From assembly GCF_018350175.1 (NCBI RefSeq), contig NC_058369.1:21454001-21518000 (forward strand): a DNA stretch of 64,000 bases, in the 5' to 3' direction. Source of the stretch: Felis catus (Eukaryota). Positions 1 to 13,030 of this stretch are shown in pieces. Within the stretch, counting starts at the first letter, position 1, and every line of letters starts with the position of its first letter. The notes below the pieces were generated by a model. It was not told where the DNA came from and made no database searches. It was given only the letters and a program-made list of their open reading frames with translations. The translations under genes and the position numbers were made by a program.

Positions 1-3000
1 TGAGGACATTTCCCAAACCAGCACGTGGAGGGAAGACTGCCACCCCGCCCTGCGGATACAGCACAGGAAGAGACTCCTGAACCCGGCAGTGCTCTTGGCA
101 CAGCGCTACCCTCTGCTGTGAAAATCCACGGAGGCAATCCAATTACATACGGAATATAAATGTGTGGAATGTTCATGTTCTTGCGCCCAAAGCATAATCT
201 TAAAGCAGGGGGGTGATCACAGACCACACTGTGGCCACATTAGCTTCTATTTCAAAATGTGACACAACAGAAGACAACTTGGATGGCTCTGCCCCACATG
301 CTACAGGGAATCACAGACGCATGCTCTTCCCTGGGGCCAGGAAACCACAGGTCCTTTCATGACATCATGGGTCTAGGGATGTGAGAAGGTTTCCCACCCC
401 ACGGGAAGCTCCAGAGACCATGAGCTCATGCCAGAAGTTGATGTACTTTCTTGCTTTCTTCTTTCTTTTCTTGCTTTCTTCCAATGGGCTGGAGCCAAAA
501 AAATCCCTCGCACTTTTGGAGCTTTCTGTCCACTGACACACTGCTGACCTGGACGTGATGGCCTCTTTTTTCAAGGTGTACCACAGGTCAGTGTCCCATC
601 CAAGACAGGCTTCCATCGAGGGCAACAGACTGTTCACCACGGCGAATGGCAAACAGCCCCAGGCCCCACTCAACAGCAAGTCCGCAGCAAACCAGCTGCC
701 ATTAATGCCAGCGAGGGACTGGTTCATAAAGTAGGCAGTTTGGACTCTCAGTCAGAGTCAGAAGGGTCTTTGAGGGTCCAACACCTCCAGTGTAAAGAGC
801 GGAGAAAACGGAGGGGAAGGGGTGATCCCTCCAGGATCACCGCATAGTTACTAGTGGACCTGGGATGAAGTACAAGCCACCTGAGCCAACCTCTTTCCCC
901 CAACTGGCCCTGGCTGGGCCAGAGACCTCAAGCCACACTTTGCTGGTTCTGTAAGCCCAGTACCCCAGTGCTCAGAAAGGACAGAAACTGTTCTGGGTGG
1001 TGGTGAGCAAATCCACTCTCACTAGCAGAACCAGCAATCAAGGAAAATGTTTCCGCACTTTCCCTAGGTTATAAACAGCCAAGCCCTATTCCAAACCTCC
1101 TAATGCCCGCAGTGGTAGGAAAAGCCCAGAGGTACCAGTTCCTTTAGGGCAGGACAAAGTCCCAGAAAGTCACTGAGGCAGACTGCTGGTTGCCTCACTA
1201 AAACCTACATACCCCCTTCCTCCCTTCCTTCCTAAGGCCTCAGCTACACAGCTGACAGACCACATTCCCAGCTGGGGGAATGACCTTGCAGCTGGCGGTG
1301 ACCACGGGACTAAGTCCTAGCCTATGAGAGTGTTAAACACAGGGTGATTACTTTTCAAGGAGAAATGAAGGGCCCACTGATTCTTACAGCAAGGAACTAA
1401 AGGCAGCCAAGTTGGGGTTGCCTTGAAATCTAGTCCCTGCTTTATGAAAAATGTTGTCATTTTAAGCAAGTCACTTTTCTGGGTCTCAGTTTCCTCAGCT
1501 GTCTACTTAAGAGGGTCAATGTGGGGAGAAAAGCATCTGCAGCTGTGGCCACCATCACTGGCTACTTATGATAGGTACTTTACACATCATTATTTCTAAC
1601 CTTTATGACAACCCTGAAAGGTATCATTCTCATTTTACGGGTAAGGCCAAAAACGGCACAGGCAAGGTCTGTCTACATGCATGGCCCTCTGACTGCAAAG
1701 CCCATATCTCCACTGTCTCGAGGAAGCCTAATACAAGGCAACGAAGATTCTCGCATGAATGAACCATAAGGGTAGAAGGGGCATTGCCTTGGTGCCCAGG
1801 AGGCTTCCTGAGACCAGGGCCCATCTCCATCACCTCAACAGGGAGGCCTCCTGACCCCAGTCTTCTTCCCTTAAACCCGCCCTCACGTGAGCTAGAGTGA
1901 ACTGAGCATGACACCACCTTGGTCAAGCCTTTCAGTGTGTGTCCCACCTCCCCTTCCTCCGGGAACACAACTCAGGCTATTTGGGCTCACAAACTGGGCC
2001 ATCCCCAGGGCGTGGCACCTTCCTTGGTGCTGTCACTCACACAGTCACTTTGGCTTGGGAGGGCCCTCACATTTCTTCTCCCAGATAACGCTTAGGAATC
2101 CTTCCACATTTAGGTCTGGCGGCTCTCAGACTTTCCTGCTTTGAAGCGGAGCTAAGCATCCATCCGCATGGCTCCCCAGAGTCTCCTATGCGTACTACAC
2201 ATACCTCTGTACTGGCATTTCCCATGCAATATTGAGGATCTGTCTGTCTCTCCCACCAGACAATTAGATTAAGGAAGCAGGTAGGGACCTTGTCTTATTC
2301 ATGCTTATAACCTCAGCACCTGGCCCTGTACCTGGAAGGAAGCACTTAACTACTAAGCAGAACAAGCAGAGCAGAACATACTGGAAGAATGCTCAAGTCA
2401 AAAGAGGCAATAGCTTAGTGCGGGGGATGCAACCTTTGGTCCAAAATCTTGCTGCAACACTGCGGGGCCAGGGAAAGTTGTTTAACCTCTCTGGGCCTTA
2501 ATCTGCCCCTTTGTAAAATGGAAGAAGTTATAGTACCCACTTCTTACAGGTAAGATTAAGACAATATATCAGAGTACTTAGAAAGTACTGTGCACATTTT
2601 AGCAGGGAGTAGCAGTGCTGTTACTGCTGGAGAAAGAGTCCGTCCTCAGGCACAAAGCCCAGTGGCAGAGAGCAGGAAAGCACACATCAGAGTATAACCT
2701 GTGCATCCCCAGAGTCTTTCTCCTTCCTTTTCTGTTACAAATCACTGTAACAAGTTTGGAAACTTAAGAGAAGTTATCTAAAATGTAACCATGGGATACA
2801 ACCAAGCCCGCGGGTTGTTACAACATGTTAGTTCTGGTTCCAAAGCTCCTCCTGGCCTATATGTCCCAGGAGGGAGCAGTACAAAGCCCCGTCAGGCTGT
2901 GCTCTGTTCCCTGGTCTGTCAGCCTCTATCAGCCCCAAAGGTTGATCACTCAGAATTCTCTAGGTGCGGCGGCTCTCTGAGGTGAGCACACAAGAACAGT

Positions 3001-3676
3001 GACAGGCATGACTCAGGCAGAGCGGCACAGCATGCTCCAGGCTGCAGCCCGGGGGGGCGGGCGGGTGCAGGCACCAGTCTTGTCCTCCCGCCTCACAGGG
3101 CAGGACCCAGGGGAGGTGTAGAAATGCTTAAGGGCTGGCAAGACAGGGGCTCAAAACTAACTGCGAAGGTTCAGAAGACCACTGTCTGGACAGGGCTGGT
3201 TCCTGTCCTACCTTGCACTACTCTCAGCTGCTGAGAGGAGACACGCTGGGAAATCAAGTCGGGGCACTGAAGAACTTCTTCTATCATCAGAGTCAGGAAA
3301 AAACTAGAACCGATGTGGCACTGATTCAAGAAACACCACGAGACACGACCCCTGTCACCAGAATGTGATCCAGGAGGAGGAGCAGGTCAGAGCCCATGTG
3401 GGCTGGATGATGGACACCCAGAATTCAGCACCTTTCAGCACTCCTGCACACTCTAGCCTTCCTGGTCTATGTAACCACCGGGCCCCTCGCTTGGGCCTGT
3501 CGGTCAAGACAGAGTGCTGCCGGCCCGGGTCCTTCTCAGTCCCCAAGCCACCTCCCTAACCCACCTGCCCTGCACCTTGCTTCCTTTCACCGTTACACTG
3601 GGAAGCAAATCAAAATACTACCACCATCCATGTCAGAGAGAAAGGTGGCTTCACACACTCAAAATCAAGACATTTT

Positions 3677-4400
3677 AAAGTTTTTTACAATGGGAGTCAA
3701 TTTTTTGCAGTTTTAATTTAAATTCCATTAGTTAACAGCATACTATTAGTTTCAGCATACAATATAGTGATTCCACACTTCCATACGTCACCCGGTGTTC
3801 ATCACTAGTGCCCTCCTTAATCCCCATCCCCTACTTAACCCATCCCCCCATCCACCTCCCCTCTGGTGACCATCAGTTTGTCCTCTATAGTTTCTTGGTT
3901 TGTCTCTCTCTCGTTCTTCTCCCTTTGCTTGTTTCTTAAATTCCACATGAGTGAAATTATATGGTATTTGTCTTTCTCTGACTTATTTCGCTTAGCGTTA
4001 TACTCTCTAGCACCATCCATGTTGTTGCAAATGGCAAGATTTCATTTTTTATAGCTGAGTAATATTCCACCGTGTGCACGCATGTGTGTGTGCGTGTGTG
4101 TGTGCACCGCTTCTTTTTTGTCCATTCATCCACTGATGGACTCTTGGGTTGTTTCCATAATTTGGCTTTTGTAGATAATACTATCAACATCGGGGTGCAT
4201 GTATCCTTCTGAATTAGTGTTTTTGTACTCTCTGGATAAATTCCTGATAGTGCAATTGCTGGGTTGTAGGGTAGCTCTATTTTTTACTTTGTGAGGAACC
4301 TCCACACTGTTTTCCAGAGTGGCTGTACCAGTTTGCATTCCCACCAACAGTGCAAGAGAGTTCCCCTTTCTCCACATCCTCACCAACACCTGTTGTTTCT
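3677..4400 (-). mobile_element. 5'-truncated L1 (3' end of ORF2 plus 3'UTR) with target-site duplication
   Basis: L1 ORF2 C-terminal-like translation (LWKQPK.PS.DEW, EYYSAIK.EILPFATTWM.LE.I.LSEISQ). TSD aaaatcaagacatttt at 3661-3676 and 4401-4416. Confidence 0.9.
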
Positions 4401-6122
4401 AAAATCAAGACATTTTAATGGTGGAACTTCAGGCACCAAAAAAGGTTGATGCAAAAGCTATCCTTGAAGAGAGACCTTTCTAGTGACCCTCAAAAATCAC
4501 ACCCCGTGGGTCAGCGCCATTGCCCTTTTGATCATAGGACTGGTATTTACCCCAGGCAGAGAAAAGGCTGAGTTAGCTGGGCCCAGTCAGAGAGCAGAGA
4601 CCAGGCTAGATTTGCCCAATACAATCAACAAGGGCCTTGTCTGAGCAGAAACAACCGCTAATGCCACTAGGGAGCTGAAGAACATGCAGGGTGGAGCCAG
4701 CGTGAGCCTGCGCTGGACTGTGCGGTTCCCGCTTGACACCTGCCCCTTAGCCTTTTCCTGGGGCAAGGCCAGCAGAGGAAGCGAGCTTCAGAGGCCACCT
4801 GCAACGGCTCTTGGCCACAAAATGGCCCGCTCAGAGTGACTCTACGCTTTATGTAATAAGACACAATTAATCGTTCCATTTGTTTGTCCATCTGTCCATC
4901 CATCCTCCAAACGGCTGCTGGTAGAGGTCTCAATGTTAACAGAATTACGTCACCCTCTGCTCCACTTAAAACTTCCATGACACATAAATGTGTCAAAAGC
5001 CAAACGTTACACTGAAGATGGGTGCATTTTACTTTAGGTAAATGATATCTCAATAGAAAATTTAAAAACAACAAAACGAACACCAATCCTTCCCGTGCCT
5101 TTCCACAGCAGCTCCTTCTCCTGGCCAAGGGACCATATGACTTAGGGCTCTGCCTCTGGCCTCATCTTCTCCGTCCCTCCAACGCCCGCCACCAGGGCCT
5201 CCTCTCTATGCATCACACACACCAAGCTGCATCCTGCCTCAGCACCCCTGGCTCACACTGGACTTCTGTCTGGAACACTCTTCTCCCAGTTTGCCAACCA
5301 GCGGGTGGCTCCTCCTTTTCATTCTTGTCTTGGCTCCCAGGTCACCTCCTTGGAGGCCTCTCGCAACCACTACATGCCCGGGTGTGCACGTCTTGCCTTG
5401 CCCCCCGCCCTCACTCTCACTTCCCTGTTCTATTTTCTTCGCCACAATTACCCCTCTCACCTCTTTACTATCTTTTTTTCTCACCCTGGAAAGTAGGCTC
5501 TGCAAGACCAGGAACTTTGGTTCTGTCTACCCCCATATTCCTAGCATCTAGAGAGTGCCTGGCTCTTAACAGGTAGCTAAACAATATTTGTTGAACAGAG
5601 GAATTGATTCAGTCTGTCGCTTCAGATGTATTTAGAGTACTGTCCAGGTATTTATTTTTAATTCAATAAGGTCTGTGAATTTGCCTGGCAGGTTCTCCCA
5701 GAAACTTAGCTTGCAAGCCCTTAGTCCTGCAACAGGACAAAATTGCTTAGCTCTTTGGTTTTGGACATGGTAGTCTGCCCGCAAGACTCCCAAAGGACAG
5801 CCACCCAAAACCTCTTCCTCCTCCCCGACCACAGGGCAGGGAGAACCGGCCCGTCAAGGTCTCCCTCACCAAATCTGGCCTTAGATGCAAGAACCAGACA
5901 ATCTGGGTTTGTAAACAGCTGAAGTGTTCATGAACATTTTTTAGTAAGGACTAGATGAAGCCAAGGTTCACAGTTAGCCAGCTTTAATCCTCCTACGCAG
6001 AGGTTCTGCCAAAGGCTGAGAAAGAAATAAGAAAAAACCCCAAACTGTGTAGCAAATAAATATGCTTAGCTCTAAACACGGGGCTTCCCTTAGGAGCGCA
6101 GCTTCCCCTGGGAGCAGGGTGG

Positions 6123-6140
6123 TGGCGCCATCTGCTGACG
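6123..6140 (-). promoter_or_regulatory. Candidate CTCF binding site
   Basis: Minus strand reads cgTCAGCAGATGGCGCca, one mismatch to the CCASYAGRKGGCRS core. Confidence 0.5.
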
Positions 6141-6426
6141 ATGACGACACCTCAGCAGAGTGAGGGGTGCACTGTCACTGTGTGAGCATCCCGCAGGGCT
6201 CTGTTTGATGGAAAGAAATATGAATAGCTGATAAAAACAGGAGAAGATATGCAACCCCAATAAGGTGGGTTTTAAAAATGTGAATTAATAATTAACCCTC
6301 AGCCAGATTAGCAAACACAAAAACATCGGGTGAGGATATTAGAAAACAGGGGCTCTTAAATTGTTGGTGGAAAAGTAAATGTTAGGACCCCTGGGGATGT
6401 GTGGGGGAGTGGCTTTGTGATCTTGT

Positions 6427-6452
6427 CCCCCCCCCCCCCCCCCCCCCCCCCG
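6427..6452. repeat. Poly-C tract (26 nt; G-run on the transcribed strand)
   Basis: Direct observation. Confidence 0.9.
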
Positions 6453-7762
6453 AGCTCCCAGGTGAGAGGGAACTTTCGTTCGTTGGTGCTGGGGTGGCCC
6501 CAGTGAACGGAGCCCTCTGGGAACTGGGGATGTGCTGGAGGTGGCATGACCACGGCCTCCAGCAGGAGCGGGAGACAAGTTACCTTGTCAGTGTAACTTC
6601 CTCGTTCATACTGATGGAGGCACCAAGAGTAAATGGGCTGTCCAAGAAGGACCCTACCTCGCGAGCCGGCATCAGGGAATCCTGAGACACACTGTACCTG
6701 CTCCCACCCTGCGCTGTCCCTGCACTGCCGACCCCATACTCCCTGGCTGTAAATGTAGGAATTTAATTTGATCTCACAGCAGATGGAGATGTGTGTGGTT
6801 TTTTTTCCCCCATCGATCCATAGATCACTTGAAAAGATGCAGTGGGTATTTTGGGAATATCTATTATGACTTCAACTATTTAAATGCTGTGACCCTGAAA
6901 CTCCACTCCTAGGATTTTCTTCTTTAATTACACTCACACAAATGCCCAAAAATCTACATTTTTGTAATGTAGCATTACACTGTCTATAAGCGTGGAGGAT
7001 TTAAAAACCACCTAAATGTCCATCAATGGGGGAGGAGTTAAATGTAAGTTATCATGCAGTGGAAGTTACGCTTAGAAAGTTAGCAGACAGGGTATCCCTG
7101 CAATGGGCAGATTTTATGGCATGTAAATTACACCTCAGCAAAACTGTTTAAAAAGTAAATTTATCTGTTTTGATTTGGAAAAATTCCCACGTTAAAGGGG
7201 AAAAAAAGCAAGTCACCAAAGCAGTAATTGTGTCGTGTGAACCTACTTTTATTTTTTTTAAAGTAACTTATACAAACAGAAATTTCAAAGCACACACATT
7301 AACTGTGAACCATGGTTAACTCTCTAGAGGATGGTATTATAGGGAGCTTTCACATTTTATGCTGTGTATTTATTTCCATAATGTTTTAGTTATTTACAAA
7401 GAGTATGCATTATTTTCATAGTTAAAAAAAAGTCTTAAAAAAGGTTACTTGGGGAAAAAAACTAAAAACAAGAATTAAAAAATGACAAAATTACAATTTT
7501 GCACATTAGGTAATTAAAAGCCTTCCTCAAACCTAACTCATTAGCAAATCTCCTCCTAAGAGAAAAGCTTCCAGCGGGCAGAACTCCCTGGGGACAGAAA
7601 ACACCTCAGCCTCTGCAACCTCATGGCTAATCAAACAGAAGACACACCCCCAGAGCCTGCATTTCTCACAGGTAACATGTGCAGCCCCTGGCCCAGGCCC
7701 ACCACGAGTGTGCGACCCCCCTCTTCCATCACCACATTTCTCTGCCACCTTCTACTGGCCAC

Positions 7763-7933
7763 TGATTTTGGCTCAGGTCATGATCTCACAGTTCACGAGT
7801 TCAAGCCCCACGTCGGGCTCTGTGCTGACAGCTCAGAGCCTGCTTGGGATTCTCTCTCTCCTCCCCTCCCCTGCTCATGCACATGTTCTCTGTCTCTAAA
7901 TAAACAAATAAATAAACATTAAAAAAAAAAAAA
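7763..7933 (+). mobile_element. Can-SINE, 5'-truncated
   Basis: ggctcaggtcatgatctc body, (CT)n stretch and A tail. Confidence 0.85.
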
Positions 7934-10033
7934 AGGAAATCACCTCCCTCATTTTGAGGACAAGAAACAATCTCAGAGGCATAAAGTCACCTGGGATGAA
8001 GTTGCACAGTTGTAACGTTACATGGTGGTCATGAGAGGCACCATGTCTCCTGTGAGAGTACCACGCATTCACCCAGCAGAAGACTTTGTCTGGGACACAC
8101 TGGGGCTTCACCTTTGAATTTTATTAGTGGGAGTGAATCAATAAGCACCCGCAGCAGAAAAATTAATAGAAGATTGGCTCTTCTCTCGATATCAGAGTTA
8201 CAAAGCTACATTTAAGACCTTTTCCCTAGCTTCTCAACCTAGGGCAATTAGCACCCAGAGTCTTCTCTTTTCAAACAATCCAAGGTGTATAACCAACTAG
8301 AACCTCAGCAGAAGAGAAGCAACAGACTTCATTTCACCAGTCTCAAAGCCTCGGAATCAGGGGCCAGGGACGAGAGCAGCTGAGGAAGCCTTCACTCTAC
8401 AATAATAAGCTGACCTTATTATATAATAAGCTGGCCTAAGGAGGCCTGGGACCTTACTTGCTGAGATCATCAGGCCCCTAGCAGCTACAACATCTGAAGT
8501 ACTCTTCGGCGGGCAGTGGGAATCCTATCCAAAGTGGTATGGTGGATGCTTCGGGTGCCTTGGGTTCTGCTCACAGCTATTTCTCCTCTTCTCCATGTGG
8601 AAGAACAGGTGGATGGGGTGAGAGGAACAAGTGAGCAGTGCATACACCAGTAAAGGAAGAGGAAGGATGTAAAGGGACCATGACTCAGGACCGGGAGCAC
8701 TGGGCTGCCCTAAGAAAGGCAGATCTGAGTCAAATTAGCATTTCTCAACTCCCAGTGCTCACTCTGTCCACCTGTCTGCTGGGATCCCTCCAATTCTTCT
8801 TTCATGAGGACACTAACAAACTACCATCATATGGCATGGTGGTCACAAGAGTCACTTTCAAATTTTTCTGCAATTGTCCCATTATGCAGACTGCAGAGTG
8901 AGTGGTCGCAGGGATGAAGGCTAGGCAGACAGCCTGGATGAAGAGCAAGTCAAAAGGGAGGTCTGCCTCCATTTTTTCCCTTGGGGGCAACAAAAACCAC
9001 AGCTACAGGTAGTGAGGGAAAGCCACCGAGCCTCTTGGGTTTTAGAGAGGGGCTTGCTGGGTGCTGTTTTGGGACTGACTCACAACATATCCTCCTTGGT
9101 TCCAGCCTTCTTAGAAGTCTAGAATTAACATAAATCAATCTCAGAAAATCACAATACCCTGGCCTGGCTACTTAGCATTTCAAACAGGCCTGCCTATGCC
9201 AGCCCTCGATCAGGAAGGCTAGGCACAATTCACAAGACGCTGGGCAAGAAAGGAGGCATAGGGCCCTACCTGTCCTCAGACTCTCCAACCCAGCAATAGT
9301 GCCAGGGAGCATGCTTCCCTTGGGCTTGCTGGTCCACCAAGACACCTGCAGAAGGCTTAAATAATAAGCACCTTACCACATCTGAGGCCATCCATGCAAG
9401 AGGAGCCAGAGGTTGCACTGCTCATGTGGGTGGGCAAGTACAGAACCCAGAGAAAGCAGAATACTCTGTCAGGAAATGACCAAAATAATCTGACACAAGT
9501 ATCAGGAGAGTGACCATGCCTATATATACGCTAGGGGCAAGGGAAGAGTAGGTGGCTAGGAAGAGACTTACTGAGGGCTCAGGGCAGTGAACATTCTATA
9601 CAAAGAAAGACTCTATAGAACAAAGTTCTATACTATACACAAGTCAGAACTTTGGCACTTCTTCTCTCTCACCATTGAAATATGAACTCCTTGAGCTGCT
9701 GGTATCTTTGAAAGAGGGGTGAAAAGGAAGATCCATCAACTGCGTTCTTATAAAAAAGGTACTGAGAAGACCGAACACGTGTAAAAAGTCACTGTACACA
9801 CAGAATGAATAGGCTCCATTTCAATTACTAGTCCCTGTTTTCCTCCCACACATAACTCAAAGGCTCATTATACAAATTAGTCTGAAATGTATCTTGTTCA
9901 ACAATCTAGTGTAGACTGTAGAAACTCTGATTTCCTACCAGTGAAAATATGAGCGGTGAGCAACCAAGTTGGCTTGGCAAACAGAATATGACAAGTTGCT
10001 TCTCTGAGGCTCTTAAGACTAAAGAAGCAGCCA

Positions 10034-10225
10034 GGGCGCCTGGGTAGCTCAGTCTGTTGAACATCTGGCTCTTGATTTCGGCTCAGGCCATGACCTCACG
10101 GTTTGGTTAGTGAGATCGAGCCCCGTGCTGACAGTGCAGAGCCTGCTTGGGATTCCCTCTCTCTCTGCGCCTCCTCAGCTCTCTTTCTCTCTGAAAAGTA
10201 AACATGAACAAAAATTCAAAAGAAA
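10034..10225 (+). mobile_element. Can-SINE
   Basis: gggcgcctgggtagctcag head. Degenerate TSD aaag(a/c)agcagcca. Confidence 0.85.
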
Positions 10226-10514
10226 GGCTAAAGCAGCAGCCAACTCTTGTCTTGGAGGAGCTGTCCACTGGCATCCTGGGCCTGTTCCAACCACGTCTGA
10301 GGGCTCAGCCCACTCACCAAGATAAAATCCAATCAACAAGCTCTCACTTATCTACCCAATATAGAGATATACCCGAATCGATCCTCTTTGGCCACTCAGC
10401 ATACAAATCTGGAAGTATTAGTTACTGGTTCAAGTGATTTGTCTTCCTAAGTAGATCACAGTCTCTTGGAGAACAGGGATCAAGTCTCCTAAACTTTTCT
10501 CATGCCCACCTTCA

Positions 10515-10998
10515 CTACATCAGTTTTGTACTGCTATGTGACATATTGTTCCACAACTTGGTGGCTTCAAACACAGAAGATTTATTGTCAGTTTAGCTGC
10601 GTAGTTCTGGCTCCACGATCTCTTGTAAGGCTGCAAACTTACAAAGCATGGGAAGCTTTGGCTGGGGCTGGAAGAGCCACTTCCGAGAAGGTTCACACAC
10701 GCATGGCTGTTGGCTGGACTCCCCAGCTCCTCACCAGAAGGGTCCTTCCAAAGGACTGTCTGAGTGTCCTCAAGACATGGCAGCTGGCTTTTCCCAGAGC
10801 AAGTGATCCAAGAGGGAGCACACCCAAGACAAAAGCTGCGGTTTTTAATAACTTAATCTCCAAAGTGATATACCATCACTTCTGCCATATTCTATTGGTC
10901 ACATAGACTAACCCTGATGCAATGTGGGAGAGGACCACACAGGGCGTGAGTATCAGGAGTGGGGATCACTGGGGTCTGTGGTGGAGGCTGGCTGCCAC
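10515..10998. mobile_element. MaLR (MLT1-type) solo LTR
   Basis: MLT1-like passages (ccatcacttctgccatattctattggtcaca, terminal ggctggctgccaca). Subfamily not assigned. Confidence 0.7.
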
Positions 10999-12417
10999 AT
11001 GAGCCCTTCTACGTCTGCAGGAAATTTTTACTGAATATGGAATGGATGAACCTTTCCAGGGGAACCTGGAAGCTGTTCCTTTGCTTTTCAATTCCATCTT
11101 TGCCAACACGCTCATGCTCTTTGCTGTCCTGGCTGGCTAACACCTTCCAAAGAAGGAAAACCGAACAAGGCACTAGAAGGAATCACCAGTGTTTCTGTCC
11201 AACCTTACAAGGGCTTTCCCTTCCCCTTTGGTTGTTACTGAAAACAACCAAAAAGGTGTTTTCAGCCAAATTCAGCTTCTCGCTTACCCAAACAAGGGGA
11301 CATCCTATCAGTGCGATGAAGTCTGCTGACAAGGGCAGTGTAGACCCAAATGTTCCCGTGGAGGGGTACCAAGAAGGGCCAAGGTCCTGGCACTTATGGC
11401 CTGTGACAGCCAAGCAGGGCAGACTATTTGACCACACAAAGGAGGCACTGGGATCATGATTTCCCACATGGCCTCTTGGAGCCCAAAGCCATACTGTTGC
11501 ACTGCTTCTTAGTGTGGTGCTGGTAATTTTTTAAAATTAGCAAAGTGACTCAATTTCTCCCCAATTTACATAATTCCTACCATCAGACATAGGTCCTGAG
11601 ATTACAACTAGAGTTGACAAAATTTGTAAAAGGGTCCAAAAGCTAAGTTGATAAGGCAGTGTGTAAGGATTGGGGCCACTTGCTTTGGGTAAGGAAGGAT
11701 CAAAGTGCCTTCACCCATTTTTTTTTTTTTTTTCCCTGCCTTCATTTATGAAAGCTATTTCTCCCTGGACAGAGAATCCTAGATTCACAGGGTTTTCCAT
11801 TCAGCACTTTACAGATGTTGTTCCATTGTCTTCTGGCTTGAATAATTTGATGAGAAGTCTGTTATCAGTTCTTATATCTCTCTGTACAGAGTGTCTTTTT
11901 GTCTCTTGGTGCTCTCACAATTTTCTTTTTATCACTGTTCGTCAGCAATTTGATTACGATGTGGCTTAGTGTCATTTACTTTGTGTGGTTCATCTGCTTG
12001 GGGTTTATGAAGCTTCTTGGATCTATGTTTACAGTTTTCATCAACTTTGGAAAATGTTCAGCCATTAGTCTTCAAATATGTTTCCTGCCCTCTCTTCTGC
12101 CTCTTTTAGAAATCCAATTACAGGTTGGCCCTCTATTTTCCCATGGGTCACTGGGGCTCTGTTTGTTATTTGACTTCCTTTTGTGTTTCATTCTTAATCC
12201 ATTTACATGGACTGACTTTTCTCCTGATTATAGGTCATAATTTTCTGCTTCTTCATCTGTCCCGTAATTTTTGATTAGAAGCTATACATTATGATTGCCA
12301 CATTGTTAGGTATTTGAATTTTGTTGTCTTCCTTTAATGAGTACCGAAGTTTGCTGGAGTAAGCAGTTAAGTCTGTAAAACAGTTTGATAATTCTGAGGC
12401 TTCTGCCCCTTCTCTCT

Positions 12418-12618
12418 CTTTTTAAGTTTATTTGTCTTGAGAGAGAGATAGAGAGCATGCGTGAGGAGGGGTCAGTCAGAGAGAGAGGGAGAGAGAAAGA
12501 ATTCCAAGCTGTGCTGACAGCACAGAGACCAATGCAGGGCTCGAGCCCACAAACTGTGAGATCATGACCTGAGATGAAACCAAGAGTTGGACGCTCAACC
12601 GAGCCACCCAGGCGCCCC
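12418..12618 (-). mobile_element. Can-SINE
   Basis: Ends gagccacccaggcgcccc, with (GA)n and T tail on the plus strand. Confidence 0.88.
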
Positions 12619-12660
12619 TCTCTCCCTTCTCTTTTATATCAATTCAGAGGTATAATTTAT

Positions 12661-13030
12661 ATTATAAATTTATATTATTATATTTATATTATTTATATTT
12701 AAAATTTTATATTTTATATATCTTATATATTTTATATATATAATATATATTATATTTATATATATATTAAATATATATATTTAATACATATAATATATAT
12801 TATTTAATATATTTTTAATATATTATTTAATATATTTAATATATATTAAACATATATTATTTTATTTATATTATATATATATATAATATATATATTATTT
12901 TATTTTAAATATAATTTTATATTTTAAATATTTATATTTAAAATTTAAATTTATATTATTATATTATATTATATTTATATTATTATATTTATATTTATAT
13001 TATTATATTTATATTTATTATATTATAAAT
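12661..13030. repeat. AT-only low-complexity expansion
   Basis: About 370 nt almost entirely A/T. Confidence 0.95.

Noticed and set aside
103..120. Second CTCF-like motif (ACAGCAGAGGGTAGC on the minus strand)
   Set aside because: Two mismatches in the core, including a highly conserved C, so it is too weak without data.
365..727. 120-aa minus-strand ORF with a basic KKRKKK stretch
   Set aside because: No recognisable homology or exon boundaries. The basic run comes from a simple purine tract, and it does not match STIMATE exon 2.
9084..9105. catatcctcc, resembling the end of STIMATE exon 2 on the minus strand
   Set aside because: The match does not extend and there is no GT donor in the right place.
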